Below, in pieces: positions 54,895-64,000 of a DNA stretch of 64,000 nucleotides. The translations under genes were made by a program, and so were the position numbers. Within the stretch, counting starts at the first letter, position 1. The number at the start of each line of letters is the position of its first letter. The stretch comes from an uncultured Thermoplasmata archaeon (GTDB lineage: Archaea; Thermoplasmatota; Thermoplasmata; RBG-16-68-12). Below the pieces are notes generated by a model. The model was not told where the DNA came from and ran no database searches. It saw nothing but the letters and a program-made list of their open reading frames with translations. The stretch is taken from positions 32,001 through 96,000 of the forward strand of contig CAVYJM010000021.1 in assembly GCA_963768855.1 (NCBI GenBank), in the 5' to 3' direction.

Positions 54895-55374
54895 TCACAC
54901 GGTGGTGAGCGCGTGCCCGCACCGGACGCACAGTCCGGTCCCTACCGTGGCGGGTGCGGCACACTCGGGGCAGCGCCATCGCGCGTCCTGCTCCCGCAGC
55001 CAAGCCGTGACCCCGGCCTCATGGAGGCGGAGTGCGTCCCGGCACAGCGCGGGCAGGTACGGAGTCGATCGCAGCGCCTGACGGATCGCATCGCACGGGT
55101 AGTCCGCGCAGTCGGGGCAGAAGGCGACGCCGCGTCCTCGGGCGCACTGCTTAATCCCGCAGTCCCCGCCCAGGCAGAATGCCGCCGGGGTGCGGCAGCC
55201 CGTGCACATCAGCCGTTCCACGGAGGTGCCCAGCTGGGCGGCGAGGGCCTCGAGGCGGGCCATGTCCCGGGAGGTCCACGCGCGGTACACTGGACAGGCA
55301 CCGCAGTACGCGCCGCAAACCGCGGCGAGGCTCGCGTCCAGCTCGCGGTCGTCGGGAACCATTCGGAGGGCCAT
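54895..55374 (-). CDS. DUF3795-like cysteine-rich protein
   Basis: CGAYCGACP, CTGC, C.IKQC, FC..C..YPC, CPEC...CVRC. Confidence 0.8.
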   Translation of the reverse strand: MALRMVPDDRELDASLAAVCGAYCGACPVYRAWTSRDMARLEALAAQLGTSVERLMCTGCRTPAAFCLGGDCGIKQCARGRGVAFCPDCADYPCDAIRQALRSTPYLPALCRDALRLHEAGVTAWLREQDARWRCPECAAPATVGTGLCVRCGHALTTV

Positions 55375-55491
55375 GGGACTCGCATCCGTGGGTGGGTGTA
55401 TGGTCCCTGCCTAAGGATTGTCGATACTCGCTCCACGGCGGCATCCGGGAGTGAGGTGCTTTATTGGGGTCCTGGGCGTTGGGGTTCCCAC

Positions 55492-56562
55492 GTGCGAGTG
55501 GGGTTTGTCATCGCCCTGGGGATGCTTCTAACCCTTGGGGCCTTCGCCGGCATGTCAGCGCCGGCATCCGCGTGGGAGGTCGATCGAACCGATACGGTCA
55601 CTCGGGTCATCGACGGAGACACGTTCAACTGCTCGCTGCCCACGGGGGTCCGGCTCGCGGACATCGATGCGCCGGAGTACTATGAAGCCGGATACCAGGA
55701 GGCCAAGGACTACCTCACCGGGTTGATCGCCGGCCAGGCCGTGTACCTGGACATCGACGACGTCTATGGCACGGACATATACGGCCGGTGGGTCGCCGTG
55801 GTCTACGTGCGGCACAACTCGACGCACCTCCTGAACGTGAACCAGGCGATGCTCGACGCCGGCCATGCAGTCATCTGGGACTTCCTGAATGAATTCAACC
55901 CGGCCACATGGCCCCGGTATGCGTTCTACCCCATCGACGCCCCCGCGCCGACGGTCACGGCAACCGCGGATGTGACGGAGGGATTCGCCCCCTTGACCGT
56001 GGCCTTCACATCGACGGCCTCCGGAGGCATCCCGCCCTACACCTACGTCTGGACCTTCGACGACGGAGGGACGAGCTCCGCTCCAAGTCCTTCCCACTCG
56101 TTCCTGATCAGCGGGACGTTCTCCGTCGTGCTCACCGTTTCGGATTCCGCCCAGCGGTCCGGGTCGCACAGCATACTCGTCACGGTCCATGCCCCCGTGA
56201 GCGTCGCCTCCTCCGCGTATCCGATCCGTGGGGTCGCCCCGCTGACGGTGTCGTTCACCGCCACGGCGGCCGATGGCAGCCCGCCGTACACGTATCGATG
56301 GGCGTTCGGGGACGGAAACACGAGCACGAATCCGAAGCCTTCGCACACGTACACCGTCCCGGGGACCTACACGGCGACCGTGACCGTCACGGATTCCGAG
56401 AACCACACGGACACGGAATCGCTCCAGGTCACGGCCTCCGCGCCACCCCCGACCCCGACCAGTGTTCCCGCGGAGGCGATTGGAGCGGCTGCGGTGATCC
56501 TCATTGGAGTCGCAATCGTCGCGTACGTCCTCGTCCGGCGTAGTCGTCGCCACTCCAGGTAG
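55492..56562 (+). CDS. Surface-anchored thermonuclease (SNase) with two PKD domains
   Basis: Signal peptide; RVIDGDT, VRLADIDAPE, DIYGR, N..ML..GHA; two G.APLTV.F...YTY.W.F.DG repeats; C-terminal TM. Confidence 0.9.
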   Translation: MRVGFVIALGMLLTLGAFAGMSAPASAWEVDRTDTVTRVIDGDTFNCSLPTGVRLADIDAPEYYEAGYQEAKDYLTGLIAGQAVYLDIDDVYGTDIYGRWVAVVYVRHNSTHLLNVNQAMLDAGHAVIWDFLNEFNPATWPRYAFYPIDAPAPTVTATADVTEGFAPLTVAFTSTASGGIPPYTYVWTFDDGGTSSAPSPSHSFLISGTFSVVLTVSDSAQRSGSHSILVTVHAPVSVASSAYPIRGVAPLTVSFTATAADGSPPYTYRWAFGDGNTSTNPKPSHTYTVPGTYTATVTVTDSENHTDTESLQVTASAPPPTPTSVPAEAIGAAAVILIGVAIVAYVLVRRSRRHSR

Positions 56563-56568
56563 GTTCCG

Positions 56569-57042
56569 CTACGGCGAGGTCTTCGGTCGCATCCGTTCGG
56601 GCATCTCCACCGCGAGGATCTCGCCCTTCACGGTCACCTCTCCTGCGGCGAGGATGCGGGCTTCCACGGCGACCTTCCTCCCCTCGATCGACGTGGCCCG
56701 CCCGCGGACCTCGAGCTCGATCCCCAGCGGAGTGGGCTTGAGGTACTCCACCCGGAGGGAGGCCGTCACGAAGCGATGGGCCGGGAGGGTGTCGGGTTCG
56801 CGGTCCTCCGCGCGGTACGCCGCGGCGGCCGCGGTGCCCGTGCCGTGGCAGTCCAGCAAGGAGGCCAGGAGCCCTCCGTTCACGTATCCGGGGATCGCGA
56901 TGTGCCACGCCTGCGGCGTGTACCGCGTGACCGTCTCGTCCCCGTCCCAGGAGGTCCGCAGGTGGAGGCCGTGGTCGTTTAGGCGGCCGCAGCCGTAGCA
57001 GTGGGCAATCTCGTCCGGGTAGAAATCCTGGATCGCGGACAT
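56569..57042 (-). CDS. PaaI-like hotdog-fold thioesterase
   Basis: CYGCG..N..GL, G.VNGG..A.LLD, VTA.L.V.YLKPTP. Confidence 0.85.
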   Translation of the reverse strand: MSAIQDFYPDEIAHCYGCGRLNDHGLHLRTSWDGDETVTRYTPQAWHIAIPGYVNGGLLASLLDCHGTGTAAAAAYRAEDREPDTLPAHRFVTASLRVEYLKPTPLGIELEVRGRATSIEGRKVAVEARILAAGEVTVKGEILAVEMPERMRPKTSP

Positions 57043-57146
57043 GGGAACCGCCCGCGGGATGACGCACCCGACGCATGAGCGTTGCCCACGACGGGTGCGC
57101 AACGGTTATCCTCCGGCCACCGCATCGTGGTGCCTCAGGGAGCCGC

Positions 57147-57311
57147 ATGCCGATCAACGTGACTTGGCACCGGGCCCACCCGATGCCGAAGAACTCCACC
57201 GTGGACGAGCGCATCCGGTGGCACGAGGATCACGCGGTGGAGTGCGGATGCCGGCCGATTCCCGAGGGGCTCAAGAAGGAGATCACAAAGAGGGCGAGGG
57301 CGGGCCGCTGA
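57147..57311 (+). CDS. Small His/Cys-rich protein (54 aa)
   Basis: WH..HPMPKN...ERI.WH..H...CGCRPIP; SD-like GGGAG upstream. Confidence 0.65.
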   Translation: MPINVTWHRAHPMPKNSTVDERIRWHEDHAVECGCRPIPEGLKKEITKRARAGR

Positions 57312-57503
57312 ACGGCGAACCGCCCCGTGGCCGCGCGGCGGATGCCGCAGGTCTACGTCCAAACGAGCGTCGGGACGGCCGGTGGGTTCGGATGAGCGCT
57401 GCCCGTAACTCGAAATCGCGTTCCCGCCCCAGGGACCGGACTCACCGGACGAAAGACCGCAAAGGCTTCCCACTCCCGCACCCTTTCCCTCTGGGGATCC
57501 CGC

Positions 57504-58001
57504 TTGGCCGCAATCACCGATCCGCTGATTCAAGTCCTGGGCCTCGTCGTCTCGTTCGTCGGGACGTTTGCCGCCGCCGCGGTGGGAATCCGCTCGACGA
57601 TGGCTTCCGTGAACACGTGGTACGTGCAACTGCGGAAGCCCAGCTGGGTCCCATCGGGTCGAACGATCGGCCTCGTCTGGACGGTCCTCTACGTGCTCAT
57701 GGCCGTGTCCGCCTGGCTCGTGTGGCGAGAGCGGGGGCTCGATGCGTCGATCCCGCTCGCCCTGTTCGCGGTCCAGCTCGTCCTCAACTCGCTCTGGTCC
57801 ATCTTGTTCTTCGGTCGTCGGGACCCGAGGTCCGCCCTCCTGGAAATCTGGGTTCTATGGGTCGCGATCCTGGCCACCTTGGTCTCGTTCTGGACCGCGA
57901 CACCCCTCGCGGGCCTCCTGCTCGTGCCCTACCTGGCCTGGGTCACGTTCGCGGGGAACCTGAACCGGATCGTGGTGCGGATGAATCCGGGGACCGCGTG
58001 A
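57504..58001 (+). CDS. tspO: TspO/MBR family protein
   Basis: WY..L.KPSW.P, WTVLY.LM, QL.LN..WS..FF, LL.PYLAWV.FA..LN. Confidence 0.93.
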   Translation: MAAITDPLIQVLGLVVSFVGTFAAAAVGIRSTMASVNTWYVQLRKPSWVPSGRTIGLVWTVLYVLMAVSAWLVWRERGLDASIPLALFAVQLVLNSLWSILFFGRRDPRSALLEIWVLWVAILATLVSFWTATPLAGLLLVPYLAWVTFAGNLNRIVVRMNPGTA

Positions 58002-58059
58002 GGGCACATCCGGGGCGGACGGGGTCCCCCGGCGCCTGTTTTCCGGCGACCGGTGCGGC

Positions 58060-58359
58060 CTACTTGTCGAACGTGACGACGTTGACCGTGGCATGCGGCT
58101 GGCCGGGGTAGTACGAGACCCGCACGAATCGCCGCCCCACGAGGAGGGCGAGTTGCACGAAGCCGTCGCTCCCGGTCTCCAGCTCCCCGATGGGTTCCAG
58201 TTCCTCGTCGACGACGTTCACGATCTTCTTCGTCGCGTCGACGGGGAACCATCCCGAGTAGGGATCGAGATGGAGGATCTTCTGGCGCAGGTCCTCAACC
58301 CGGATGTCCAGCGACTTGCGGGTCTTCGTGGCGGAGGACTTCTTCTTGGTCTCGCTCAT
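58060..58359 (-). CDS. Hypothetical protein
   Basis: About 100-aa ORF with typical codon use. Confidence 0.5.
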   Translation of the reverse strand: MSETKKKSSATKTRKSLDIRVEDLRQKILHLDPYSGWFPVDATKKIVNVVDEELEPIGELETGSDGFVQLALLVGRRFVRVSYYPGQPHATVNVVTFDK

Positions 58360-58503
58360 CTGTTGCCTGACGCGCTCGCGGTACATAGGCTTGAGGGCCT
58401 TGCCCGCGAGGAGGTGTCGGAAAGCCCAAGCTGGGTCTTTCGATTCCCGGTTCTGGGCCAGGGAACCGCGTGGGGCCGAGCAAGGGAGCCGGTCTCTCGT
58501 TCC

Positions 58504-58893
58504 TTACATCCTGCCCATGTCCCTGGCGATCCTCTCCGAGTCCGTGTAAAGCCGGTGGCTCTTGACCTTGCCCTCGTGGAGCTCGAAGACGTTCAGCGCC
58601 TTCTGCTTCGTTTCCTTCCCGTTCGCCAGCTTCCCTTCTTGCGTCCACTCCACGAACACGAGGTCCCCCGTCTCGTGGAGGTTCTCCACGTTCAGGCGCA
58701 GCCCTTCGGGCCAGGTCGTCCCGATCTTCTGCATCCATTCCTGGACGCCCTCTCGTCCCCGGAATGTGCCGCCCGCGATGGTCCCGCTTGATTCGATGTC
58801 GGCCGCGGGGTCGTACAGTTCCAGGACCGCGGGGATGTTCCGCCGGTTGAAGTGCTCGATGCCTTCCTTAATCCGCTCCGCGTTGTCTCCCAT
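58504..58893 (-). CDS. SnoaL-like / NTF2 family protein
   Basis: G.F.GREG..EW, GDLVFVE, VFE...GK......Y.D. Confidence 0.85.
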   Translation of the reverse strand: MGDNAERIKEGIEHFNRRNIPAVLELYDPAADIESSGTIAGGTFRGREGVQEWMQKIGTTWPEGLRLNVENLHETGDLVFVEWTQEGKLANGKETKQKALNVFELHEGKVKSHRLYTDSERIARDMGRM

Positions 58894-59095
58894 TGTCTCA
58901 CCCCCTCCGTGCAAGCCGGTGGTTCGAGAATTTGGCCAGGCGCCCTTTGTCGGCGCGATGATCAGGGCCCCGTACGACTACGCAAGAAATCCGAGTTCCC
59001 CGACCGTGTTACGCAATAGCATGCAAGGGTAAGAACCTGTCGACATCCCGCTTACCTCCGGCGAGGCCCCTGGAATCCTCCGGAGGAGCACGAAG

Positions 59096-59686
59096 CTAGG
59101 CATTGTGCCGCAGGACCTCGGTGGCCACGCCGTCCAGGCAAAGCGGGGACATCTTTCCGACCGAATCCTCTTGCTTGCAGACGCGACTGAGGTCGCATTC
59201 AGGGCAGAAGCGGGCATGGAGGTCGTCCTCCGTGACGCCGAGGACGTCCGCGTCGTCGAAGAGCTCGTAGAGAAGCTTGAGGTACTTCCCCTCGGCGAGG
59301 CGGGGGACGTCGTACTTGGCCGCCTTGAGGCCGCCCTTGGCCGTCGTGTAGTATTCGTAGAGGCGCCGCGGCCCCTTCGAGGCGTTGCAGGACCGGCAGA
59401 CCCAGGCCGCGTTCTTCTCGTCCTGAGGACCGTGGAACGCCTTGGGCATGAGGTGATCTAGGGTCAGGTCCCCTGCGCGACCGCAGTAGAGGCAGCGGTG
59501 GAAGTCGTTGTGCTCCTTCACGTACTCCCGGATCGAGTCCCAGGCAATCTCCCCGGACTGGAGCTTCTTGAAGCGCTCCATGACGAAGGCCCACTGCTTC
59601 TTGCCGACGCCCGCGGAGTCGGCGATGATCTTGGCGTACTGCCAGTACATCAGGTCGCGGAGATCGCGGATCGCGGCGGGCGGCAT
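59096..59686 (-). CDS. HNH endonuclease family protein
   Basis: CLYCG....TLDHL.P...G...N....CRSCN..KG; extra C-terminal CPEC..C...C cluster. Confidence 0.85.
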   Translation of the reverse strand: MPPAAIRDLRDLMYWQYAKIIADSAGVGKKQWAFVMERFKKLQSGEIAWDSIREYVKEHNDFHRCLYCGRAGDLTLDHLMPKAFHGPQDEKNAAWVCRSCNASKGPRRLYEYYTTAKGGLKAAKYDVPRLAEGKYLKLLYELFDDADVLGVTEDDLHARFCPECDLSRVCKQEDSVGKMSPLCLDGVATEVLRHNA

Positions 59687-59951
59687 GCAGTTTCCCCGAT
59701 GCGCGAGACGAGGACGAGCGGCTATGAAGGCTCGGTACGCATTGTGACCACGTTTTGATGGTCCAGGCCGAGGGGTCGCGAGTTAGGATGACTACACCTC
59801 AGAGGCCTTTCACACCGAAGCTTGCGTCCCGTGGGGCTCAGGAAGTTACTTCTTTCCGAAGTCATTAGCCGCTCGCGAGAGCGGCAGGAACAGGACGCGG
59901 TGAGCCGTGAGGAAACGCCGAGCCGGTCGGTCGGACGCGAGGGGTCAGGGG

Positions 59952-61082
59952 ATGAAGGTGCGCAAGCCGCGACTGAACGACACGGCGTTCTTGGGCATCT
60001 GCTATCCGTCGAAGAGGCTCCTCCTGAATGAGAAACGCCTGTTCATGCCCGCGTCCACGACGAAGCTCTACACGTCCTGGCTCGCGTGCGAGTCCCTGGG
60101 CGAGGACTTCGTCTTCCACTCCGAGTACTCGGTTCAGGGCAGGACACTCTACCTGAGCCCCCGGGCCAACCCCCTGCTCTCCGAGGAGTCCTTCCGTGAT
60201 CTCCTGCAGGATGTCGGAGGCCACCGGATCGAGGAGGTCGTCTTCGCCCCGCATTTCCCCCATGCCCCTCGCTATCCGTCCACGTGGGCGATCGGGGATG
60301 TGCGGGAAGCGTGGGGTGCACCCATTTCCGACGTCTGCTTCCGGGAGAACTTCATCACGGTCGACGGATCGAAGGATTGCGCGGTCACGCCGTCGAGCAC
60401 GTACTACGTTCTCCGGAAGGTGCGGGGGCTCAAACGCCCCTTCGTCCGAGGCCGGGTGGTCTCGGTCCCGACGGGATACACGGGGACCTTCGAGTTCCCC
60501 ATACGCAACCCTGAGGACTTCCTCGCCTACTGGTTGGGAGAACGGATGGGTGGACGCCCCCTGAAAAACCGGAGCGGGAACTTGCGCGGGCCCGCGACGG
60601 CCTTCGCCCATGTGCCGCTGAGGGACGTGCTGCGGACGATGAACAAGCGGTCCGTCAACATCCTCGCCGAGCTCCTCCTCCGCCATGCCTCGTCCGCGCG
60701 AAGCATCCCGCTCGACGACCAGCAGCCCCAGGCCGCGTTCACGCACGCGCTCCACCCCATCCACGTGGACGACGCCCTCCTGTACGACGGCTCGGGCGTC
60801 TCCCGGTACAACCTCGTCTCGCCCGCGGGAACCGTGCGGCTCCTGGAGGCTTCGAAGAAATATCCCTCCATTCTGGACTCGCTGCCCATTGGCGGCCGGG
60901 ATGGCACACTCGCGGACCGGAAGCTTCCTCGGAGGATCCGTGCGAAGACCGGCTCCCTCACCGGGGTCCAAGCTCTCGCAGGCTACGATGGCGACGAGCC
61001 CTTCTCCATCGTGATTAACCACGGCCCTCCCGACGAGCGGGTCATGGTGCAAGCCATCGACCGGATCGTTCGAGGTCACTGA
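59952..61082 (+). CDS. dacB: D-Ala-D-Ala carboxypeptidase/endopeptidase, PBP4 (peptidase S13) family, no signal peptide
   Basis: PASTTKL (SxxK), SVN (SxN), DGSG.SR.N, G.DGTL..R, AKTGSL.GV (KTG). Confidence 0.88.
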   Translation: MKVRKPRLNDTAFLGICYPSKRLLLNEKRLFMPASTTKLYTSWLACESLGEDFVFHSEYSVQGRTLYLSPRANPLLSEESFRDLLQDVGGHRIEEVVFAPHFPHAPRYPSTWAIGDVREAWGAPISDVCFRENFITVDGSKDCAVTPSSTYYVLRKVRGLKRPFVRGRVVSVPTGYTGTFEFPIRNPEDFLAYWLGERMGGRPLKNRSGNLRGPATAFAHVPLRDVLRTMNKRSVNILAELLLRHASSARSIPLDDQQPQAAFTHALHPIHVDDALLYDGSGVSRYNLVSPAGTVRLLEASKKYPSILDSLPIGGRDGTLADRKLPRRIRAKTGSLTGVQALAGYDGDEPFSIVINHGPPDERVMVQAIDRIVRGH

Positions 61083-61095
61083 ACCGGTTCTGCGG

Positions 61096-61413
61096 CTACG
61101 CCCGCCTCTGCTGCGGTGCCTTCATCCTGCGGTAGAGGATGGACTCCGCGGCGAGGGCCGGCACGAGCAGGACGACGAACACGATCCACGAGAAGCCGCC
61201 CTCGACCACCGAGGCGACCCACGGGAGGAGGATGCCGTCCGCGAGGACGCACGCAGACAGGTAGAGCGATTGCAGCGTCAGGGTCGACAGAGGCTCCTCG
61301 GCCAGGCTCACCAGGCGCTCGCGCCTCCAGCGGCTGTATCGCCGCATGAGGCCATCGAGGCCCCCGGCCTCGGTTTCCGAGGCCGCGCGGTCCGAGGCTT
61401 CAGCCGTCCCCAC
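61096..61413 (-). CDS. Hypothetical two-TM protein
   Basis: Two hydrophobic helices; overlaps the end of oppF. Confidence 0.45.
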   Translation of the reverse strand: MGTAEASDRAASETEAGGLDGLMRRYSRWRRERLVSLAEEPLSTLTLQSLYLSACVLADGILLPWVASVVEGGFSWIVFVVLLVPALAAESILYRRMKAPQQRRA

Positions 61414-62425
61414 GGGTCACCTCCGGGGCTGCCGGTGGACTCGAGGGACCGAAGACATGGCAGGCGACGTAGTGCCCCGGCTCCATCTCGACGAGTTCGG
61501 GTTCCACCTTGTCGCATGCGTCCACCTTGTAGGGGCATCGAGGATGGAAGTGGCATCCCGACGGGAGGGAGCGCAGGCTCGGCGGTTCTCCGGCCAGGGT
61601 GACCTCGAGGTCCGTCCCCTCGGCCTCCGCGATGCTGAGGAGGGCGCGGGTGTAGGGATGGAGGGGGTTCGTGTACAGGGACCGCGTCTCCGCCCGCTCG
61701 ACCACCTTGCCCGCGTACATGACCATGATCAGGTCGCACATGTGGTATACCACGGCCATGTCATGGGAGATGAACAGGTACGTCAGGTCGAGCTCCTTCT
61801 GCAGGGTGGCGAGGAGCCGGAGGATCTGCGCCTGCACGGACACGTCCAGGTTCGAGGTGGGCTCGTCCAGGATGAGGAGCTTGGGCTTCAGGGCGATCGC
61901 GCGCGCGATGCCGAGCCGCTGCTTCTGCCCGCCCGAGAACTCATGCGGGTAGCGGTAGAGCTGGGGCTTCTCGAGACCGACCTTTTTCATTAGGTCGGTA
62001 ACCTCCCGGGTGAGTTCCTCCCCATGGAGCTTGAAGTGGATCTTGAGCGGTTCGCCGATGATGTCGACCGCCAGCTTCCGGGGGTTCAGGGAGGAGATGG
62101 GGTCCTGGAAGACCATCTGGAAGTTGACCCGGAACTTGCGCAGCTTCTTGCCGTGGAGCTCGACCAGGGGTTGTCCGAGGAGGGCCACGGATCCGCCGGT
62201 CGGATCGATGAGGCGCGCGATCGTCCGAGCGAGGGTCGACTTCCCGCTCCCGGATTCGCCGACGATGCCGAGCGTCTTCCCGTGCTCGAGCTCGAAGGTC
62301 ACACCGTCCAGGGCGCGGATGTAGCCTTTCAGGAGGGACAGGAGGCCCGACCGGATCGGGAAGTGCTTCTTGAGATCCTCGACGTCGAGCAGGCTCGCAG
62401 GTGCGGGTTCGGGTTCAGCCTGCAT
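61400..62425 (-). CDS. oppF: Oligopeptide ABC transporter ATP-binding protein OppF/DppF
   Basis: GESGSGKST, FQDP, YPHEFSGGQKQR, LDEPTS.LD, SHD, HPYT..LL, GCHFHPRC. Confidence 0.95.
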   Translation of the reverse strand: MQAEPEPAPASLLDVEDLKKHFPIRSGLLSLLKGYIRALDGVTFELEHGKTLGIVGESGSGKSTLARTIARLIDPTGGSVALLGQPLVELHGKKLRKFRVNFQMVFQDPISSLNPRKLAVDIIGEPLKIHFKLHGEELTREVTDLMKKVGLEKPQLYRYPHEFSGGQKQRLGIARAIALKPKLLILDEPTSNLDVSVQAQILRLLATLQKELDLTYLFISHDMAVVYHMCDLIMVMYAGKVVERAETRSLYTNPLHPYTRALLSIAEAEGTDLEVTLAGEPPSLRSLPSGCHFHPRCPYKVDACDKVEPELVEMEPGHYVACHVFGPSSPPAAPEVTRGDG

Positions 62426-64000
62426 GGCCACCTTCCCCCTTCAGCGGATGGAAGCACGCGGCGGAGCGTCCGGTCCCGAGGACCTCGAGCGGCGGATCCT
62501 TCTTGAGGCACTCCTCCGTGGCGCGTTCGCAGCGGGGCGCGAACACGCACCCCACCGGGATCGCCTTCAGCTCGGGCAGGGAGCCCTGCATCGTGTAGTA
62601 CTCGCCCTTCGGGACGAACGCGCCCCCGCTCCGCACCTTGGGCAGGGACTTGATGAGCCCGTTCGTGTACGGATGCCACGGGTCGGAGAAGATCTGGGCC
62701 AGGGGACCCTCCTCCACGAGCTTCCCCGCGTAGACCACTCCGACGCGGTCGCAGAACCGCCGGATCACGCTGAGGTCGTGGGAGATGAGGAGGACGGAGA
62801 CGCCCAGTTCCTCCTTGAACTTCTTGATTAGGTCCAGGATGTTCCGCTCCGTGACCACGTCGAGCGCGGTGGTCGGCTCGTCGCAGATGAGCAGCTTCGG
62901 GTTCGAGGCCATCATCATCCCGATCATGACCCGTTGCTTCATGCCGCCGGACAGCTCGAAGGGATAGAGGTCGACCGTGCGCTCCGGATCGGGCACCAGC
63001 GCGCGCCGCAGGTCCCGGACCGCGAGCCTCCGGCAGATGTCCCGGGTCCGCGGGTCCGGGGGTCGGTCCGGGCCGAGCTTGCGCTTCTCGTAGGTCTGGT
63101 AGAGTTCCCGGTACTTGAGCAACTGGGACCGTTGCCTCCCGGAGAACTGCTCGGGCACGACGTCCGCGGGGGACCGTCTCGCCCCCTTGGGCGGCTCGAC
63201 GATGGAAAGGCAGCCGGTGCAGATCCACGCACCCTCCTTCACGGTGGCGCCGCAGTAGTCGCACGGCCGCTCGATGAAGGACTGCTCCATCTCGCCCACC
63301 GCGATCTCGAGGACGAGTTCGAACTGGTGCAGGAGGTAGGTCTGCCCCATCTGGAACCCGACCTTGTACGAGGGATGGAGAGAGTCCGAGACCTCCTGGA
63401 AGATCATCGCGATGTCCTTCCCCCGAACCGCGTTCATCTCGTTCTCCTTGAGCAGGAGGAGGTTCGTGTACGTGGCGGCGTTCGCCCGGTCTCCCGCGAA
63501 GAAGATGTCGCCGGACGCGATCCGCGTCGAGCGCGGCGGGAGCAGTCCCATGATAGCCAGCGCGACGGTCGACTTTCCGCTCCCGCTCTCCCCGATGAGG
63601 CCGTACGCCTCCCCCGGCTTCACCTCGAAGCTCGCGTTCCTCACCGCATGGACCGGTCCCTCGTACGTGAGGTAGCTGATGGAGAGGTCGTCCACCTGGA
63701 GCAGGGCCCCGGGCGCCGCGGGCTCCGGGGATTCCTTGTGGACCACATCGGGCAGCCCGCGGATCGTCTGCGACAGCCACCGCCTCGAGGTCGGGTCGAA
63801 CACGTCCCGCAGCCCGTCCCCGAGCAGGTTGAACGCGAGGGACGTCGTGATCAGGAAGATGCCCGGGAAGATCGGGTACCACCAGGCGACGAAGAGATAG
63901 CTCAGGCTCTGCGAGATGAGGAGCCCCCACTCGGCCGTCCCCGGGGTGGCGCCGAGGCCTAGGAAGCTCAGGGCGGCGATGGACAGAAGGACGCTCCCCA
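62415..64000 (-). CDS. Fused oligopeptide ABC permease OppC plus ATPase OppD with zinc-ribbon insert (5' part outside the window)
   Basis: ALSFLGLG...EWG...WWYPIFPG...AFNLLGDGLRDVFDP continues with no stop into GESGSGKST, IFQE, CDYC-x10-CTGC insert, YPFELSGGMKQR, DEPTTALD. Confidence 0.9.
   Translation of the reverse strand, partial: GSVLLSIAALSFLGLGATPGTAEWGLLISQSLSYLFVAWWYPIFPGIFLITTSLAFNLLGDGLRDVFDPTSRRWLSQTIRGLPDVVHKESPEPAAPGALLQVDDLSISYLTYEGPVHAVRNASFEVKPGEAYGLIGESGSGKSTVALAIMGLLPPRSTRIASGDIFFAGDRANAATYTNLLLLKENEMNAVRGKDIAMIFQEVSDSLHPSYKVGFQMGQTYLLHQFELVLEIAVGEMEQSFIERPCDYCGATVKEGAWICTGCLSIVEPPKGARRSPADVVPEQFSGRQRSQLLKYRELYQTYEKRKLGPDRPPDPRTRDICRRLAVRDLRRALVPDPERTVDLYPFELSGGMKQRVMIGMMMASNPKLLICDEPTTALDVVTERNILDLIKKFKEELGVSVLLISHDLSVIRRFCDRVGVVYAGKLVEEGPLAQIFSDPWHPYTNGLIKSLPKVRSGGAFVPKGEYYTMQGSLPELKAIPVGCVFAPRCERATEECLKKDPPLEVLGTGRSAACFHPLKGEGGHAG

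Noticed and set aside
59952-61082. PBP4 as evidence that the contig is bacterial
   Set aside because: It is outweighed by archaeal-type markers (HTH_10, aaRS-like AsnA, HemK2, PIP-like motifs, TATA with near-leaderless starts, SoxL-like Rieske); taxonomy remains an inference.
1-64000. tRNA, rRNA, CRISPR array, IS elements, integrase or prophage
   Set aside because: None was recognised on reading; the similarity among the three flavoprotein genes reflects paralogy, not mobile repeats.

Overview
A GC-rich, gene-dense chromosomal segment with about 70 CDS and no recognisable rRNA, tRNA, CRISPR array, transposase or prophage. The source is inferred to be an archaeon, probably Thermoplasmatota. 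This rests on short TATA-like boxes about 25 nt before starts, an aaRS-like archaeal asparagine synthetase, a HemK2 methylase, a Bat-type HTH_10 regulator, C-terminal PIP-box motifs, a SoxL-like Rieske protein and a Rab-like GTPase. Most genes serve amino-acid and amine catabolism, transport, redox and housekeeping. All product calls come from motif recognition by eye, with no database search. The strongest leads are: (1) a Bat-type HTH_10 regulator fused to an intact O6-alkylguanine alkyltransferase, a candidate archaeal analogue of Ada; (2) a DUF72 plus GrpB-DinB fusion operon in which both proteins end in PIP-box-like motifs; (3) three PYROXD2/phytoene-desaturase-like flavoproteins around a GcvT-like protein, near an orphan Rieske oxygenase, a candidate N-demethylation pathway; (4) several genes that appear to start at ACG or ATT behind good SD sequences, two sharing a near-identical 20-nt junction; (5) a Rab-like GTPase; (6) a CbsA-SoxL-SoxN-like respiratory operon; (7) a cytoplasmic PBP4-like peptidase beside an OppC-OppD fusion that carries a zinc-ribbon insert.
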